From Eledone cirrhosa (taxonomy: Eukaryota), in contig OZ024748.1 of the NCBI GenBank assembly GCA_964016885.1, positions 38,192,001 to 38,256,000 on the forward strand: a DNA stretch of 64,000 bases, read 5' to 3'. The notes beneath the pieces were generated by a model that saw only the letters and a list, made by a program, of their open reading frames with translations, had not been told where the DNA came from and searched no databases. This document shows positions 1 to 14,480 of the stretch, one piece after another. Position numbers and translations under genes: made by a program. The first letter of the stretch is position 1, and each line of letters begins with the position of its first letter.

Positions 1-3000
1 TTGAAGATTGAATGGTTGGTTGGTAGGATGGTTGGTGGTTGGTTGGTTGAAGATTGAATGGTTGGTTGGTAGGATGCTTGGTTGTTTGGCTGGTTGGTTG
101 AAGATTGAATGGTTGGTTGGTAGGATGGTTGGTTGGTTGGTTGGTTGGTTGGTTGAAGATTGAATGGTTGGTTGGTAGGATGGTTGGTTGGTTGGTTTGT
201 TGGTTGAAGATTGAATGGTTGGTTGGTTGGTAGGATGGTTGGTTGGCTGGTTGGTTGGTTGAAGATTGAATGGTTGGTTGGTAGGATGGTTGGTTGGTTG
301 GTTGGTTGGTTGGTTGAAGATTGATTTGTTGGTTGGTACGATGGTTGGTTGGTTGGTTAGTTGGTTGGTTGGTTGGTTGAAGATTGAATGGTTGGTTGGT
401 AAGTTGGTTGGTTGGTTGGTTGGTTGGTTGAAGATTGAATGGTTGGTTGGTAGGATGGTTGGTTCGTTGGTTGGTTGAAGATTGAATGGTTGGTTGGTAG
501 GATGCTTGGTTGGTTGGTTGGTTGAAGATTGAATGGTTGGTTGGTAGGATGGTTGGTTGGTTGGTTGGTTGGTTGAAGATTGAATGGTTGGTTGGTAGGA
601 TGGTTGGTTGGTTGGTTGGTTGAAGATTGAATGGTTGGTTGGTAGGATGGTTGGTTGGTTGGTTGGTTGATGAAGATTGAATGGTTGGTTGGTAGGATGG
701 TTGGTTAGTTGGTTGGTTGGTTGGTTGGTTGGTTGAAGATTGAATGGTTGGTTGGTTGCTTGGTTGGTTGAAGATTGAATGGTTGGTTGGTAGGATGGTT
801 GCATGATTGTTTGGTTGGTTGAAGATTGAATGGTTGGTTGGTAGGATGGTTGGTTGGTTGGTTGGTTGGTTGGTTGGTTGGTTGGTTGAAGATTGAATGG
901 TTGGTTGGTAGGATGATTGGTTGGTTGGTTGGTTGGTTGGTTGGTTGAAGATTGAATGGTTGGTTGGAAGGATGGTTGGCTGTTTGGTTGGTTGGTTGGT
1001 TTGTTGGTTGGTTGGTTGAAGATTGAATGGTTGGTTGGTAAGTTGGTTGGTTGGTTGGTTGGTTGGTTGGTTGGTTGGTTGAAGATTGAATGGTTGGTTG
1101 GTAGGTTGCTTGGTTGGTTGGTTGGTTGGTTGGTTGGTTGGTAGGTTGGTAGGATGGTTGGTTGGTTGGTTGGTTGGTTGGTTGGTTGGTTGAAGATTGA
1201 ATGGTTGGTTGGTAGGATGGTTGGTTGGTTGGTTGGTTGGTTGGTTGAAGATTGAATGGTTTGTTGGTAGGATGGTTGTTTGGTTGGTTGGTTGGTTGAA
1301 GATTGAATGGTTGGTTGGTAGGTTGGTTGGTTGGTTGGTTGGTTGGTTGGTTGGTTGGTTGGTTGGTTGAAGATTGAATGGTTGGTTGGTAGGATGGTTG
1401 GTTGGTTGGTTGGTTGGTTGAAGATTGAATGGTTGGTTGATAGGATGGTTGGTTGGTTGTTTGGTTGGTTGAAGATTGAATGGTTGGTTGGTAGGATGGT
1501 TGGTTGGTTGGTTGGTTGAGCTTGAATGTTTGGTTGGTAGGATGGTTGGATGGTTGGTTGGTTGAAGATTGAATGGTTGGTTGGTAGGATGGTTGGATGG
1601 TTGGTTGGTTGGTTGAAGATTGAATGTTTGGTTGGTAGGATGGTTGGATGGTTGGTTGGTTGGTTGAAGATTGAATGTTTGGTTGGTAGGATGGTTGGAT
1701 GATTGGTTGGTTGGTTGGTTGGTTGGTTGAAGATTGAATGGTTGGTTGGTAGGATGGTTGGATGGTTGGTTGGTTGGTTGGTTGAAGATTGAATGGTTGG
1801 TTGGTAGGATGGTTGGATGGTTGGTTGGTTGGTTGAAGATTGAATGGTTGGTAGGATGGTTTTTTGGTTGGTTGGTTGAAGATTGAATGGTTAGTTGGTG
1901 GGATGGTTGGATGTTTGGTTGGTAGGATGGGTGGATGGTTGGTTGGTTGGTTGAAGATTGAATGGTATGTTGGTAGCATGGTTGGATGATTGGTTGGTTG
2001 GTTTGTTGGTTGAAGATTGAATGGTTGGTTGGTAGGATGGTTGGTTGGTTGGTTGGTAGGATGGTTGGATGGTTGGTTGGTTGGTTGGTTGGTTGAAGAT
2101 TGAATGGTTGGTTGGTAGGCTGGTTGGTTGGTTGGTTGAAGATTGAATAGTTGGTTGGTAGGATGGTTGGTTGGTTGGTCGGATGGTTGGTTGGATGGTT
2201 AGTTGGTTGGTTGAAGATTGAATGGTTGGTTGGATGGTTGAATGTTTGGTTGGTAGGATGCTTGGATGGTTGGTTGGTTGGAAGGATGGTTGGATGGTTG
2301 GTTGGTTGGTTGGATGGCTGTTGGGTTCGTAGGATGGTTGGTTGGATGGTTGGTTGTTAGGATGGTTGATTTTTTGGTTGGTTGAATGGTTGTTTGGTAG
2401 GATGATTGTTTGGATGGTTGGTTGGTTGGTTGGATTGTTGCTTGGTTGGTTGGATGGTTAGTTGGTTGGATGGTTGGTTGGTTGCTTGGTTGGTTGGATG
2501 GTTGGTTGGATGGTTGGTTGTTTGGTTGGTTGGTTGGTTGGTTGGTTGGTTGGTTGGTTGGTTGGTTGGTTGGTTGGTCGCTTGGTTGGATGGATGGTTG
2601 GTTGGTTGGTTGGTTGGTTGGTTGGTTGGTGGGTTGGTTGTATGGTTGGTGGGTTGGTTGGCTGTTTTGTTGGTTGGTTGGCTGGTTGGTCGGTTGTTAG
2701 GATGATTGGTTGGTTGGTAGGTTGGCTGGATGGTTGGTTGGTTGGAAGGATGGTTGGATGGTTGTTTGTTTGTTTGGATGGTTGGTTGTGTGGTTGGATG
2801 GCTGGTTGGTAGGATGGTTGGTTAGTTGGTAGGATGGTTGGATGGTTGGTTGGTTGGAAGTATGGTTGGATGGTTGGTTGGTTGGTTGGATGGTTGGTTG
2901 TTTGTTTGATAGTTGGTTGCATGGTTGGTTGGATGTTTGGTTGGTTGGTTGGTTGGTTGGTTGGTTGGTTGGTTGGTTGGTTGGTTGGTTGGTTGTTTGG

Positions 3001-3330
3001 TTGGTTGGTTGGTTGGTTGGTTGGTTGGATGGTTGGTTGGTTGGTTGGTTGGTTGGTTGGCTGTTTGTTTTGTTGGTAGGTTGGATGGTTGGTTGAATGG
3101 TTGGTTGGTTGGCTGGTTGGATGGTTGGATGGTTGGTTGGTTGGTTCATTGGCTGGTTGGCTGTTTGGTTGGATGGTTGGCTGGTTGGTTGGTTGGCTGG
3201 TTGGTTGGTTGGTTGGTTGGTTGGTTGGTAGGATGCTGGGTTAGGTGGTTGGCTGGTTGGTTGGTTAGTTGGATAGTTGGTTGGTTGGGTGGTTTGTTGG
3301 GTGGTTGGTTGGATGTTTGGTTGACGGATG
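1..3330. repeat. (GGTT)n satellite punctuated by GAAGATTGAAT and AGGAT modules, decaying towards 3330
   Basis: Direct reading. The WLVG/QPTN ORFs are translations of the repeat. Confidence 0.95.
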
Positions 3331-3434
3331 GTTGTTTGAACAATTGTTTATACACGGATCAGAAGTCTGATATCAGAAGTGAAGGCCTGTAGGATGTTGT
3401 TATTGCCAGTACATGGAACTTGGCTCTAGTTGTT

Positions 3435-3486
3435 GAGTCATCTCATGAGCCTGAGAGAAACAGGCGAAACTCCACAGTAACAACTC
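3435..3486 (+). ncRNA. degenerate type-I hammerhead ribozyme (core CTCATGA, G5C)
   Basis: gagtcat-CTCATGA-GCCTG/CAGGC-GAAA-CT ccac AG-TA-acaactc. The stem I mismatches fit CpG decay of gagtcgt/acgactc. Confidence 0.6.
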
Positions 3487-3564
3487 TCACTATATATCCT
3501 AGCCTTAATAAAATGAATATTTCAACTCTACCTCCGTATTGAGTACTCTTTTCTCTCCGTCGTC

Positions 3565-3696
<132 letters not shown>

Positions 3697-4091
3697 TGGT
3701 ACGCTTTCATCAGATAAAATACAAAGTTTGTTCCATAAATAGAGACATACTCATGAAAATCATACCCATGAAAAGCATACCTTATTGGTCAGAAATTCAC
3801 TGGATTTATATGTTTTATAAATATAGTTTCCCTTTATTTAATATCATTGAATATTTACTCCATTAAACTGTTGAGTGCTCTAAATCAGTTATAAACATTT
3901 ATGTTTGTCTGACTTCCAACAAATTAAATACCACTTCTTCTTATATATATATATATTTGCTTGGCCTTTATAACTTATGTTTATTGCTCTGGTCTTTATT
4001 GGTACATGGAGCGCTTGCCAGCTTAAATCGGATATTGCGTTTCAGTTTGTTTTCGACGACAGCCGAAATTCGATCTCGCTGAAATTATATT

Positions 4092-4116
<25 letters not shown>

Positions 4117-4122
<6 letters not shown>

Positions 4123-5020
4123 ATAAAAAGGAATAATAGATACAATATACCTATTTTTAACTTTCGTCCCGACTGCACAGTTTCGCTGCAAAAATGTTAT
4201 ATCATAGATATGTAACATTGTTGTGAGGTAAGCCAGCTTATCAAGAGAGCACCTCAGGTATCTATTATTCCTTTTTATAATATTTTACATAACTCTGATA
4301 TTGTGTCAATTTAATTATTTCGATTATTTTGTCTCTCATAATCATAGAGTAACACTGGTTAAGGTTGACAACACACAATCTCACATACTTGTGAAAAATG
4401 TGTATTTATATATACATGTATGTATACACATATATTTGTATACCTCTCATTATTGTCTCTAACTCCCTCACGGTAGAGTAACCACGGAAGTATAGTGACT
4501 GCTTTCAAGCAAACACTATATACACTTCTAGTCAACCTTACCATCCTTCTGTACCCTATGTATCATATCAATATCTCCCTCCGCCTTCTGAGATATTTTC
4601 ACTGCTACAAGGGATTAATCCCCTTTCTTGACCGGTGTATCACGTGATAGAGTCTCCCTCCGCCTTTCTGAGATTTTCTCGCATGCTACGGACGTATGTA
4701 GTTAGGGCTCTTCACTGAGGTGCTCTCTTGATAAGCTGGCTTAGCTCAAAACAATATTACATATCTATGATATAACATTTTTGCATAGTGACCAGCGAAA
4801 CTGTACAGTCGGGACTAAAGAAAAAAATAGGTATATTGTATCTATTATTCCTTTTTATAATATTTTACATAACTCTGATATTGTGTCAATTTAATTATTT
4901 TGATTATCTTGTCTCTCATAATCATAGAACAACACTGGTTAAGGTCGACAACATACAATCTCATATACTTGTGAAAAATGTATGTTTATATATACATGTA
5001 TATGTATGTATGCACATATA
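4117..5020 (+). mobile_element. non-coding retrozyme-like element, family A (580-bp unit, terminal direct repeat, inverted 5' segment)
   Basis: 4258-~4440 repeats at 4838-~5020. 4117-4256 is an inverted copy of 4715-4862. (TA)n on both flanks. Contains a hammerhead motif. Confidence 0.7.
4724..4814 (+). ncRNA. type-I hammerhead ribozyme, U3-A8 core variant with long stem II
   Basis: tctc-TTGATAA-GCTGG...CCAGC-GAAA-CTGTACAG-TC-ggga, with palindromic helix III ACTGTACAGT. Second copy on the minus strand at 4167-4248. Confidence 0.65.
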
Positions 5021-5037
5021 TCTGTATACTTCTAATT

Positions 5038-5143
<106 letters not shown>

Positions 5144-5218
5144 GTTACACGCTACTATTCCAAATATTGGGTACTCTGCTGAATAATGCTCTTACAAGTT
5201 TAAAACTGGTAAAATCCT

Positions 5219-5261
<43 letters not shown>

Positions 5262-5372
5262 ATATATGTAATGCATGCATGTATGTATGAGTGTATATAT
5301 GTTGCTTGTGTATACTTACATGCATATATATATATGTATTCGTGCATATATATACACATGTATATGTGCGTG

Positions 5373-5436
<64 letters not shown>

Positions 5437-5452
5437 AGAAACGTGTGTTTGA

Positions 5453-5495
<43 letters not shown>

Positions 5496-5942
5496 CAGTG
5501 CCAAGAGATAGTAAATGCTATATAGTCTGTTGCTGCCATATGTACACACACGTGACAATCTGTGTTTACAATATTTATCCAATGAGACACTGTGTGTATA
5601 TTATCTTTGTGGCTTCCTACATCCCCACCTCTCCTGCCACCTTCCTCCTACATCTCCTCTCATCTCACCTCACACATTCTACTAATACACCTATCTACTC
5701 TACCAACCTAACTATCGACCCACTTATATTGTTATATATCTACATAACTCCCCACCTTTCTATCTTACAAACCTATCGCCTACCTACCAAGCTACCTATC
5801 TATCTATATACATACCTGCCTACTAAGCTATCGATCTACCTGTCTACCTTCATACCTACTTACCTATCAACCTATCTTACCTATCTACGCATCTACCTAC
5901 CTATATATCTACCTATCAATCTACGCATCTATCTATCTACCT

Positions 5943-8513
5943 TAGGAGTAGCAACGCAGCTAGAGTGCTAGCATCGAGAATGGCACTGGACCAGTTCTTG
6001 GACGCGAAACACGAAGGCTGCGTGGTCAGAAGTAAATCACGTGCTCTAGGAAACGAGGGAGCAAAAGCTGTTAGATGGGCCCGAGTGGCGGAAGCTAAAA
6101 CTGGCAACAAGTCCACGATTCGGTCTTTGAAAGACCAAAACGGACGCGTGTTACTTGACCCCAGGCAGATGTGCGCGGCCTTTCAGCGACACTTTGCGTG
6201 ACTGTTTAAGCAGAACGATGGTGCACCGAACGGGCAATGGACTTTGGTACATACCTCGACGGCCTGCCGCGTCTCTCGTGCATGGACGCCGAGTTTTGAG
6301 AAAGACCGATCACAGACCGGTCAAGATGGTCTACCCTATGAGTTTTACATAGGCATGCCGGACTTGTTCTCTGGCGTCCTCGAAGCCGTCTACTGCAATT
6401 GGCAGCAGAACAGGACAATTCCCAGTTCTGCAGGCAAGGGCGTAGTAACGCTGATCAGGAGAGATGAGAACGAGGGGGACGAAATAAACAATTTCAGGCC
6501 CATAACTCTGCTCAACACAGAGTTAAAGATTTTGGCCAAGGTGCTAGCAACGAGGCTGGCGCTTGTCGTCGAAAACCTGGTAGGGAAAGCGCAAACGTGT
6601 ACAATCCCGACCAGGTCCATACACGACAACCTCCACCTCATGTGATACATCATAGAGAGAGTGGGGTGTAAACCCGGCTTCGGTGGGGCTCTGATCAATT
6701 AAGATGAGTCTAAGGCATTCGATAGGGTCGACCATCGATACTTGGAAGCGGTTCTCAAGGCGGCCGGTTTCGGTCCCGTTTTCAGAGGCTGGATCAAGGC
6801 GATGCACACCAGCATCTGCTCGAGGGTCAAGGTGAACGGCTACCTATCGGAGCCGTTCGCAATCACGCGTTCTATTCGACAGGGATGCCCTCTCTCCTCC
6901 ATTCTGTACGTATTGACTCTAGAGCCACTACTGCGGAAGTTGGAGCTGTTGCAGGGCATCCCTTTAAAACCGGGACTACGAAAAGCGGCGTCGGCTTACG
7001 TCGGAATATGAAAGGTTCACACGAGCAAAACTGAAACTGGACAAGTCTGTCGGTTTGCAACTCGGAACGTGGAGAGGCCAACCGATGCCGTCCGACAGCA
7101 TCGTCGGACGCTGGATGGAAGGACCGGTGTCTGGTTCGGTCCAGACCTCCAGGTGGAGAAAAACTGGTACGAGGTCATGGCCAAGGCATTTGCGCTCACC
7201 CAGAAGTGGACAGAGTGCAAACTGTCTTTGAAATGTCGAGCGGAGGTGGCGAATACTTTCATAGCGTCCGTCAGCTACTACCGCTTGACTGTCGTGCCTT
7301 GTCCCCGTGAATACCTCACCAAGATGAAACGCATGCTCTTCCAGTTCCTGTGGAAGAAGCAGGCTCCACTGGTGAGGAGATCCGTCTGCTGTCAACACCC
7401 TTCCAACGGAGGTCTAGGGCATCCGTGACTAATGATGCGCAAACATGCGCTTAGGCTACGGCATCTCCAGGTATTCCTCACCGACCAACCGGTGTGGGCA
7501 CCGTTTGTGAGACAGGCCTTCCCACAACTTGTCTCCCTGGCGGAGCTTTAGTCCTGGGTGAAACGAAGACCGAAGAAGATGGGCGCCTAGGCGCTCACAG
7601 TCCTCTGTCAAGCGGGCACAGCAATCAGTGGAGACTCCACTTCGACATTCTATAGAGGGTTAGTACTTTACAAGTGCGACGACGTTCTCGGGTAGACTCT
7701 AGGCGTCGAAGACGCCGAGCTCACCAGTCTGTTCGGCAGGACTTTCCGCCCGGGACCTATGGACAACTTCCAGAGATCCCTGGCCTGGCCTGGCAGTGCT
7801 ACCAAGGAGCTCTACCCGTTTGAGATAAGATCTACAGGCACGGACGCCTCGGCAGGGATCCTTCCAAGAGCACGTGTCCAAGATGCGAGCAGGACATTGA
7901 AACCGTCTTGCACGCAATTGTACACTGCCCGGGCGTAAGCGACCTGTGGAACTATGTAGAACAACTGCTGTCGCGTATGGGACAAATCCAGTTGACTGCC
8001 GAGTCCATAGTAAGGATGAAACCGCCAGCCTCTTTTAAAAAACGAAAGAGAGGCGGTTTTCCTCTGTACAGTGACTATGGTGAAAGAGGTTATATGGTGG
8101 ACGAGTTTGAGAGGACTGAGGACGGATGCCCTTCTCTCCGGACAACAATTGATTCCCTTCTTTAAGTATCACTTTAGAAGAAGAATCAGAGTGGATAGAG
8201 AGGCACTGCATCCCAGTAAATTTACTGAAAGGTGGGTGAATGAAGCGAAAATGGCCCGAGTGATTAAGAAGCCTGTAGGTTAAAGAAGAGAGCAAAAGGA
8301 AGAAGGGAGCACTTGCACAACACGCTCCTGAAGTTGAGGGTTGTTCTATCTACGGGTTATTAAACAACCCATTTGTGGCGCCTCCCCACTATTGGGGATT
8401 TTGATTGTTATAATTGTTTATTTCAATATTTTTACACGACTGTATGTAAAATCCCCGGCATGTGTCTTTGTATTGTCCCCTTTTCTTGTGCACCCTTGTG
8501 GCAAATAAAGAAA
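5943..8513 (+). mobile_element. 5'-truncated, decayed Tx1/L1-clade LINE (ORF2 RT and C-terminus)
   Basis: FRPITLLNTELKILAKVL, RQGCPLS, CPRC..H..HC. Many stops and frameshifts. 3' end CCCTTGTGGCAAATAAAGAAA followed by ATCT-like repeats. Confidence 0.92.
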
Positions 8514-8615
8514 TATATCTATCAATCGATTGATCCATCAGCTTATTGATCTATCTATCTATTTCTTGCTGATTTTCTCTTCGGGACAGTCTGTCATTCT
8601 TTCAAAGATCTCTCT

Positions 8616-8683
<68 letters not shown>

Positions 8684-9214
8684 CGCACGCACACACACAC
8701 ACAATCATATATAGATACTTTCTCACTCACACACAGTTAGAATTCTCCCTCTTTCTTCCTCCCTCTCCCCTTCTCCCAATCTCCCTCTCTCTCCGCTTCT
8801 CTCCCTCTCTCCCCCCTCTGTCTATATTCTCATTCCTCCTTTATTATTCTCTACATCTCATTCAATTTTCCTCTCAATTTTTAATATTTTTAATTCTCTT
8901 TATTTTACTTATATAAAAATTACTTTCTTTTCACAGATTTTTCATTTTATTAATCTTTCATTTTAATTCTTCTTCATTCTTTCTTTTATCCATTTAAAAA
9001 AGGTTTTTTCCACTTCTTTCGTCTTCTTTCGTCTTCCTCCGTCTTCTTTCGTCTTTTTCCGTCTTCTTCCGTCTTCCTAGTTTCCTTTCAGACAGTCATG
9101 TCGTATTTATTTATTTTCATATATTTTCTACCTGTCAATTTATCTACCTTTTATTTTATAATTTATACCTATCTCTCTATTTATCTATCAATCTATCTAT
9201 CTAGCTATCTATCT

Positions 9215-9326
9215 TTTTATTTTTATATTCTGTTATTGCCTCCTCCTTATTGAGGACGCCTTTTTGTGTAAACTCCCCCCTTTGTACTTGTCCCACTTTT
9301 GATGCCCTAGTGGCAAATAAAAGAAA
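9215..9326 (+). mobile_element. 3'-UTR stub of the same Tx1-like family
   Basis: TGTGTAAACTCCCCCCTTTGTACTTGTCCC...GTGGCAAATAAAAGAAA matches the 3' ends at 8513 and 11684. Sits in ATCT-rich sequence. Confidence 0.7.
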
Positions 9327-9348
9327 CATATCTATTTATCTATCTACC

Positions 9349-11684
9349 TGAGATAGGGGACGCGCTGAGCCAATGCGGCAAACGCAAATCTCCAGGTCTC
9401 GACGGTCTACCCTACGAATTTTACGTAGCAATGCCGGACTTATTCTCCGGTCTCCTGGAAGCGGTCTACTGCAACTGGCAACAGAACGGGAGAATTCCCA
9501 GTTCTGTAACCGGGGGCGTGGTCACACTAGTCAGGAAGGACGAGAATAAGGGGGATGACATAGGCAACTTTCGGCCCATAACTCTGCTAAACACAAAGTT
9601 ACAGATTTTGGCCAAGGTGTTGGCAAAGAGGCTGGCGCATGTCGTCGAGACCCTGGTGGGAGAAGCGCAGACATGCGCAATCCCGACCAGGTCTATACAC
9701 GACAACCTCCACCTCATGCGATACATCATAGAGAGGGTAGTGTGTAAACCCGGCTTCGGTGGGGCCCTGATCAACTTGGATCAGTCTAAGGCTTTCGATA
9801 GGGTTGACCATCGTTACCTGGATGCGGTGCTCGAGGCGGCAGGCTTCGGACCCGTGTTCAGGGGCTGAATTGCTGCAATGCACAACAGGAATATCTGCTC
9901 AAGGGTCAAGGTGAACGGCTACCTCTCGGAGCCGTTCCATATTACGTGATCCATTCGACAGGGATGCCCTCTCTCCTCCCTTCTGTACGTACTGACTCTC
10001 GAGCCACTACTGCGGAAGTTGGAGCTATTGCAGGGCATCCCTCTGGAACCGGGACTGCGGAAAGCGGCGTCGGCCTACGCCGACGACGTGACAGTAATGG
10101 TGTCGAGCGCCTCGCAAATCGAGGAAGTCGGCACCTTACTGAAGGAATACGAAAGTTTCACAGGAGCGAAGCTGAACCGGGACAAGTCCATCGGTTTGCA
10201 ACTCGGATCGTGGAGAGGCAAACCGATGCCTTCCGATGGCGTCGTCGGACGCTGGGCGGAAGGACCGGTAAAGCTGCTCGGGGTCTGGTTTGGTCCGGAC
10301 CTCCAGGTGGAGAAGAACTGGAACGAATTGACGGCCAAGGTGTTTGCACTCACCCAGAAGTGGGCCGAGTGCAAACTATCCTTGAAAGGTCGAGCGGAGG
10401 TGGCGAACACTTTTATAGCGTCCGCCATCTACTGCCGCTTGACCGTCGTGCCTTTTCCAGCCAAAACGCTCGCCAAAATGGAACGCGCGCTCTTCCAATT
10501 CCTTTGGAAGAGGCGGGCTCCTTTGGTGAGAAGATCTATCTGCTGCCAACACCCTTCTAATGGAGGGCTGGGGATGCCGTGGTTGACGGTGCGCAAACAC
10601 GCGCTCAGGCTGCGGCATCTCTACGTATTCCTCACCGGACAACCGTTCGTGAGGCGAGCCTTCCCACGACTCGTCTCGCTGACCGAGCTGCAGTCCTTTG
10701 GTCAAGCAAAGACCGAGGAAAATGGGCGACTGGCACATCGAATGTGCTCAGGCGCTCACAACCCTCTGGCAGGCGGACCCGGCGATCAGTGGAGACTCCA
10801 CTTCGTCATTCTATAGAGGGTTGATCCGCAGCAAGTGCGACGACGCGCTCGGTGAAACTCTAGGCGTAGAGGAAGATGAACTGGCCAGTCTGTTCGGTAG
10901 GACCTTCCGCCCGGGACCGATGGACAACTTCCAAAAGTCCCTGGCCTGGCAGTGCTACCGAGGAGCTCTACCAGTTCGAGACAAGCTCTACAGACATGGG
11001 CGCCCGGGCAGGGACCCTGCAAAAAAGATCTGTCCGAGGTGCGTGCGTAACGAAGAAACCGTCGCGCACGCATTCATACACTGCCCGGACGTCACTGACC
11101 TGTGGGGCTATGTAGAACGACTATTCTCGCAGGTGGGACCAATCCGGTTGATCACCGAGTCCATTGTCATGATCAAACCGCCACCCTCCTTCAAAAACGA
11201 AGGAGAGGCGGTTTTCCTTTGTGTGATAGCTATGACGAAAGAGGCTGTATGGTGGACAAGGTTGAAAGGGCTGAGGTCAGACACCTTTCTCTCCGGCCAA
11301 CAACTGGTTCTTTTTTTCAAATACCACTTTGGAAGAAGAATCAGGATGGAGAGAGAGGTGCTGCACCCCAGAAAGTTTTATGAAAGGTGGGTGAAAGTGG
11401 CGAGAATGGCCCGAGTGAATGGGCCTTCTCTCTATATCAGCCTGTAGGTTGAGGAAAAGGAGGAGGAGAGGAAAGGAGTACAAACTCTTCGTACTCCTGG
11501 AGTTGAGGGTTGCACATTTTTTCAGGGGTATGCGTTACCCATATGAACTGTTTCCCCCTATTGGGGAAAATCGACTAACTTTTTAAATTGCATTTGTGAT
11601 AACATTTTACACGTTTTTATTGTATGTAAACTTCCCCCTTTGTATTTGTCCCCTTCTTTTGTCCCCCTGTGGCTAATAAAGAAA
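9349..11684 (+). mobile_element. 5'-truncated Tx1/L1-clade LINE (RT with YADD, C-terminal CCHC)
   Basis: ORF fragments 9431-9868, 10019-10816 and 10698-11447: KSPGLDGLP, DQSKAFDRVDH, AYADDVT, CPRC...H.FIHC. Flanked by (ATCT)n. Confidence 0.95.
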
Positions 11685-11768
11685 CATATCTATCTATCTA
11701 TCTATCCATCTCTATCGCTATATCTACCTGTCAATTTATTTGACTTTTATTGCTTCTCTATCTCTCTT

Positions 11769-12798
<1,030 letters not shown>

Positions 12799-13096
12799 AT
12801 CAACTATCAACTTATCTCCTTTTCATTCCTATGTTCATGTTTCCTCTTTCAAAGTTTCTTTCCTACTCTTTTCTTTTTCTTCCTTATTCCCTTCTTCATC
12901 CTCTCTCTACACATCATCCTCGTCACCATCCTTAATATCTATCTAGGTGTATGTGTATATATATATATATATGGCAGCTATAACTTCGATTTATGCCCAA
13001 TGTTTTTTTTATATATATTTAAACTATAAATATATATATACACACATTAGTATATGTGTGTATATATATGCATATCTTTCTATCTTTTCATCGCCC

Positions 13097-13169
<73 letters not shown>

Positions 13170-13558
13170 CAGTCTCTTTCTCCCTTCCCAACCCCTACTT
13201 CTACGATCACACCACCCACTGTCTTCATTGTAACATTTTTTTTTTCTTAGAAAGCAATTAGCCGCAGTTTCGTAAAAGTGATATCAGAAGATTTTACATA
13301 TTCCATATTGAACTTACAATTCTATTGACAAAAACTATCTGGAGTAAACCTATGACTGCGCAGCTTACACCTCGATAACACTTTCTGTTTTCTTTTTTCA
13401 CTGACTCAGGTCTCACAATGTCGTCTGCTTCAATGATTTTTTTCTTTATTTATGGGAAATAGTTTCGTGTTTACCTGGAGATTGTTGTGCAGCCGTTAAG
13501 TAATTCTGGCAATTGCTGTATTAACGTCAGTGAAAAACCTTTACATAAATAATATATA

Positions 13559-14156
13559 CTAGCAGAATGTCCCGGCGTTGCTCTGGATTTGCTCTAAGGT
13601 TCTTATATATTTGATATATATTTATCGTTATCGAGCCTCGTGAAATAAATACGGTTGTTTATATTTTGTTATTGTGTATGCAAAAATATCTGCACACGAA
13701 TATATAATTATATATATATATATTTATATTAAAATAACAGATTAAAATTTAAGCAAAGAATCGCTGCTTTCACCCTTAACGGGATCTTCTGAAACTTATA
13801 AAATCAATCTGTGAACGCAGAAGTAAATATTTCGAAAAACGTTACACACTATATATATATATATACATACACACTATATATACATATATACACACGCACA
13901 CACATAGCGTCATAATGTCGTAATGCAGACAGCCAGATATACAGACAGATATTATAAGGGCACGGCGTTATATCTATGTATCTATCTAAAAAGAAAGACT
14001 GAGAATGATAGAGAGAGATCGCTAAATCGCCTAATGCGGTTCCTCACAGGGCCATAAGTATTACATGTGTAAAGTTTGAAAACAATCAGTTGGGTGGTTC
14101 CCGAGTTTTAGGGAGTCAGACAGACAGACAGATATTTTCTGTTTTAGATATATAGA
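13559..14156 (-). mobile_element. non-autonomous Helitron-like element
   Basis: Minus strand starts A|TCTATATATCTAAAAC with (GTCT)n near the 5' end. It ends with the GC-rich imperfect hairpin TCCAGAGCAACGCCGGGA and then CTAG|T. Confidence 0.7.
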
Positions 14157-14181
14157 TATATGACCTCCTGAGACTTCATAT

Positions 14182-14244
<63 letters not shown>

Positions 14245-14425
14245 ACTGAGGAATTTTCTCACAACTGACCAATGGAATACGAGCGTGTCCTATTACGGCG
14301 AAATTCGTTTGCTCTAACTCATATGATTCCAGTTCCTCAGACGAATAACAACACAACATATCAATGGATTGACGGAGTAAAACACTTCAACAACATGTGT
14401 ACCTGTCTTTGCCACACCAATTCGG

Positions 14426-14480
14426 ACTGCCTGAAGAGGTCACAGCCAATGATAGCTGTCACCAAAATATATATAGCAGT
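14426..14480 (+). ncRNA. type-I hammerhead ribozyme with one core substitution (G12A)
   Basis: actgc-CTGAAGA-ggtcacagc...gctgtcacc-AAAA-TATATA-TA-gcagt. Stems I, II and III all pair. Confidence 0.75.

Noticed and set aside
705-1979. 424-aa QPTN-rich ORF; telomere-like appearance of the array
   Set aside because: It is a translation of the GGTT satellite, and the unit is not TTAGGG or TTAGG.
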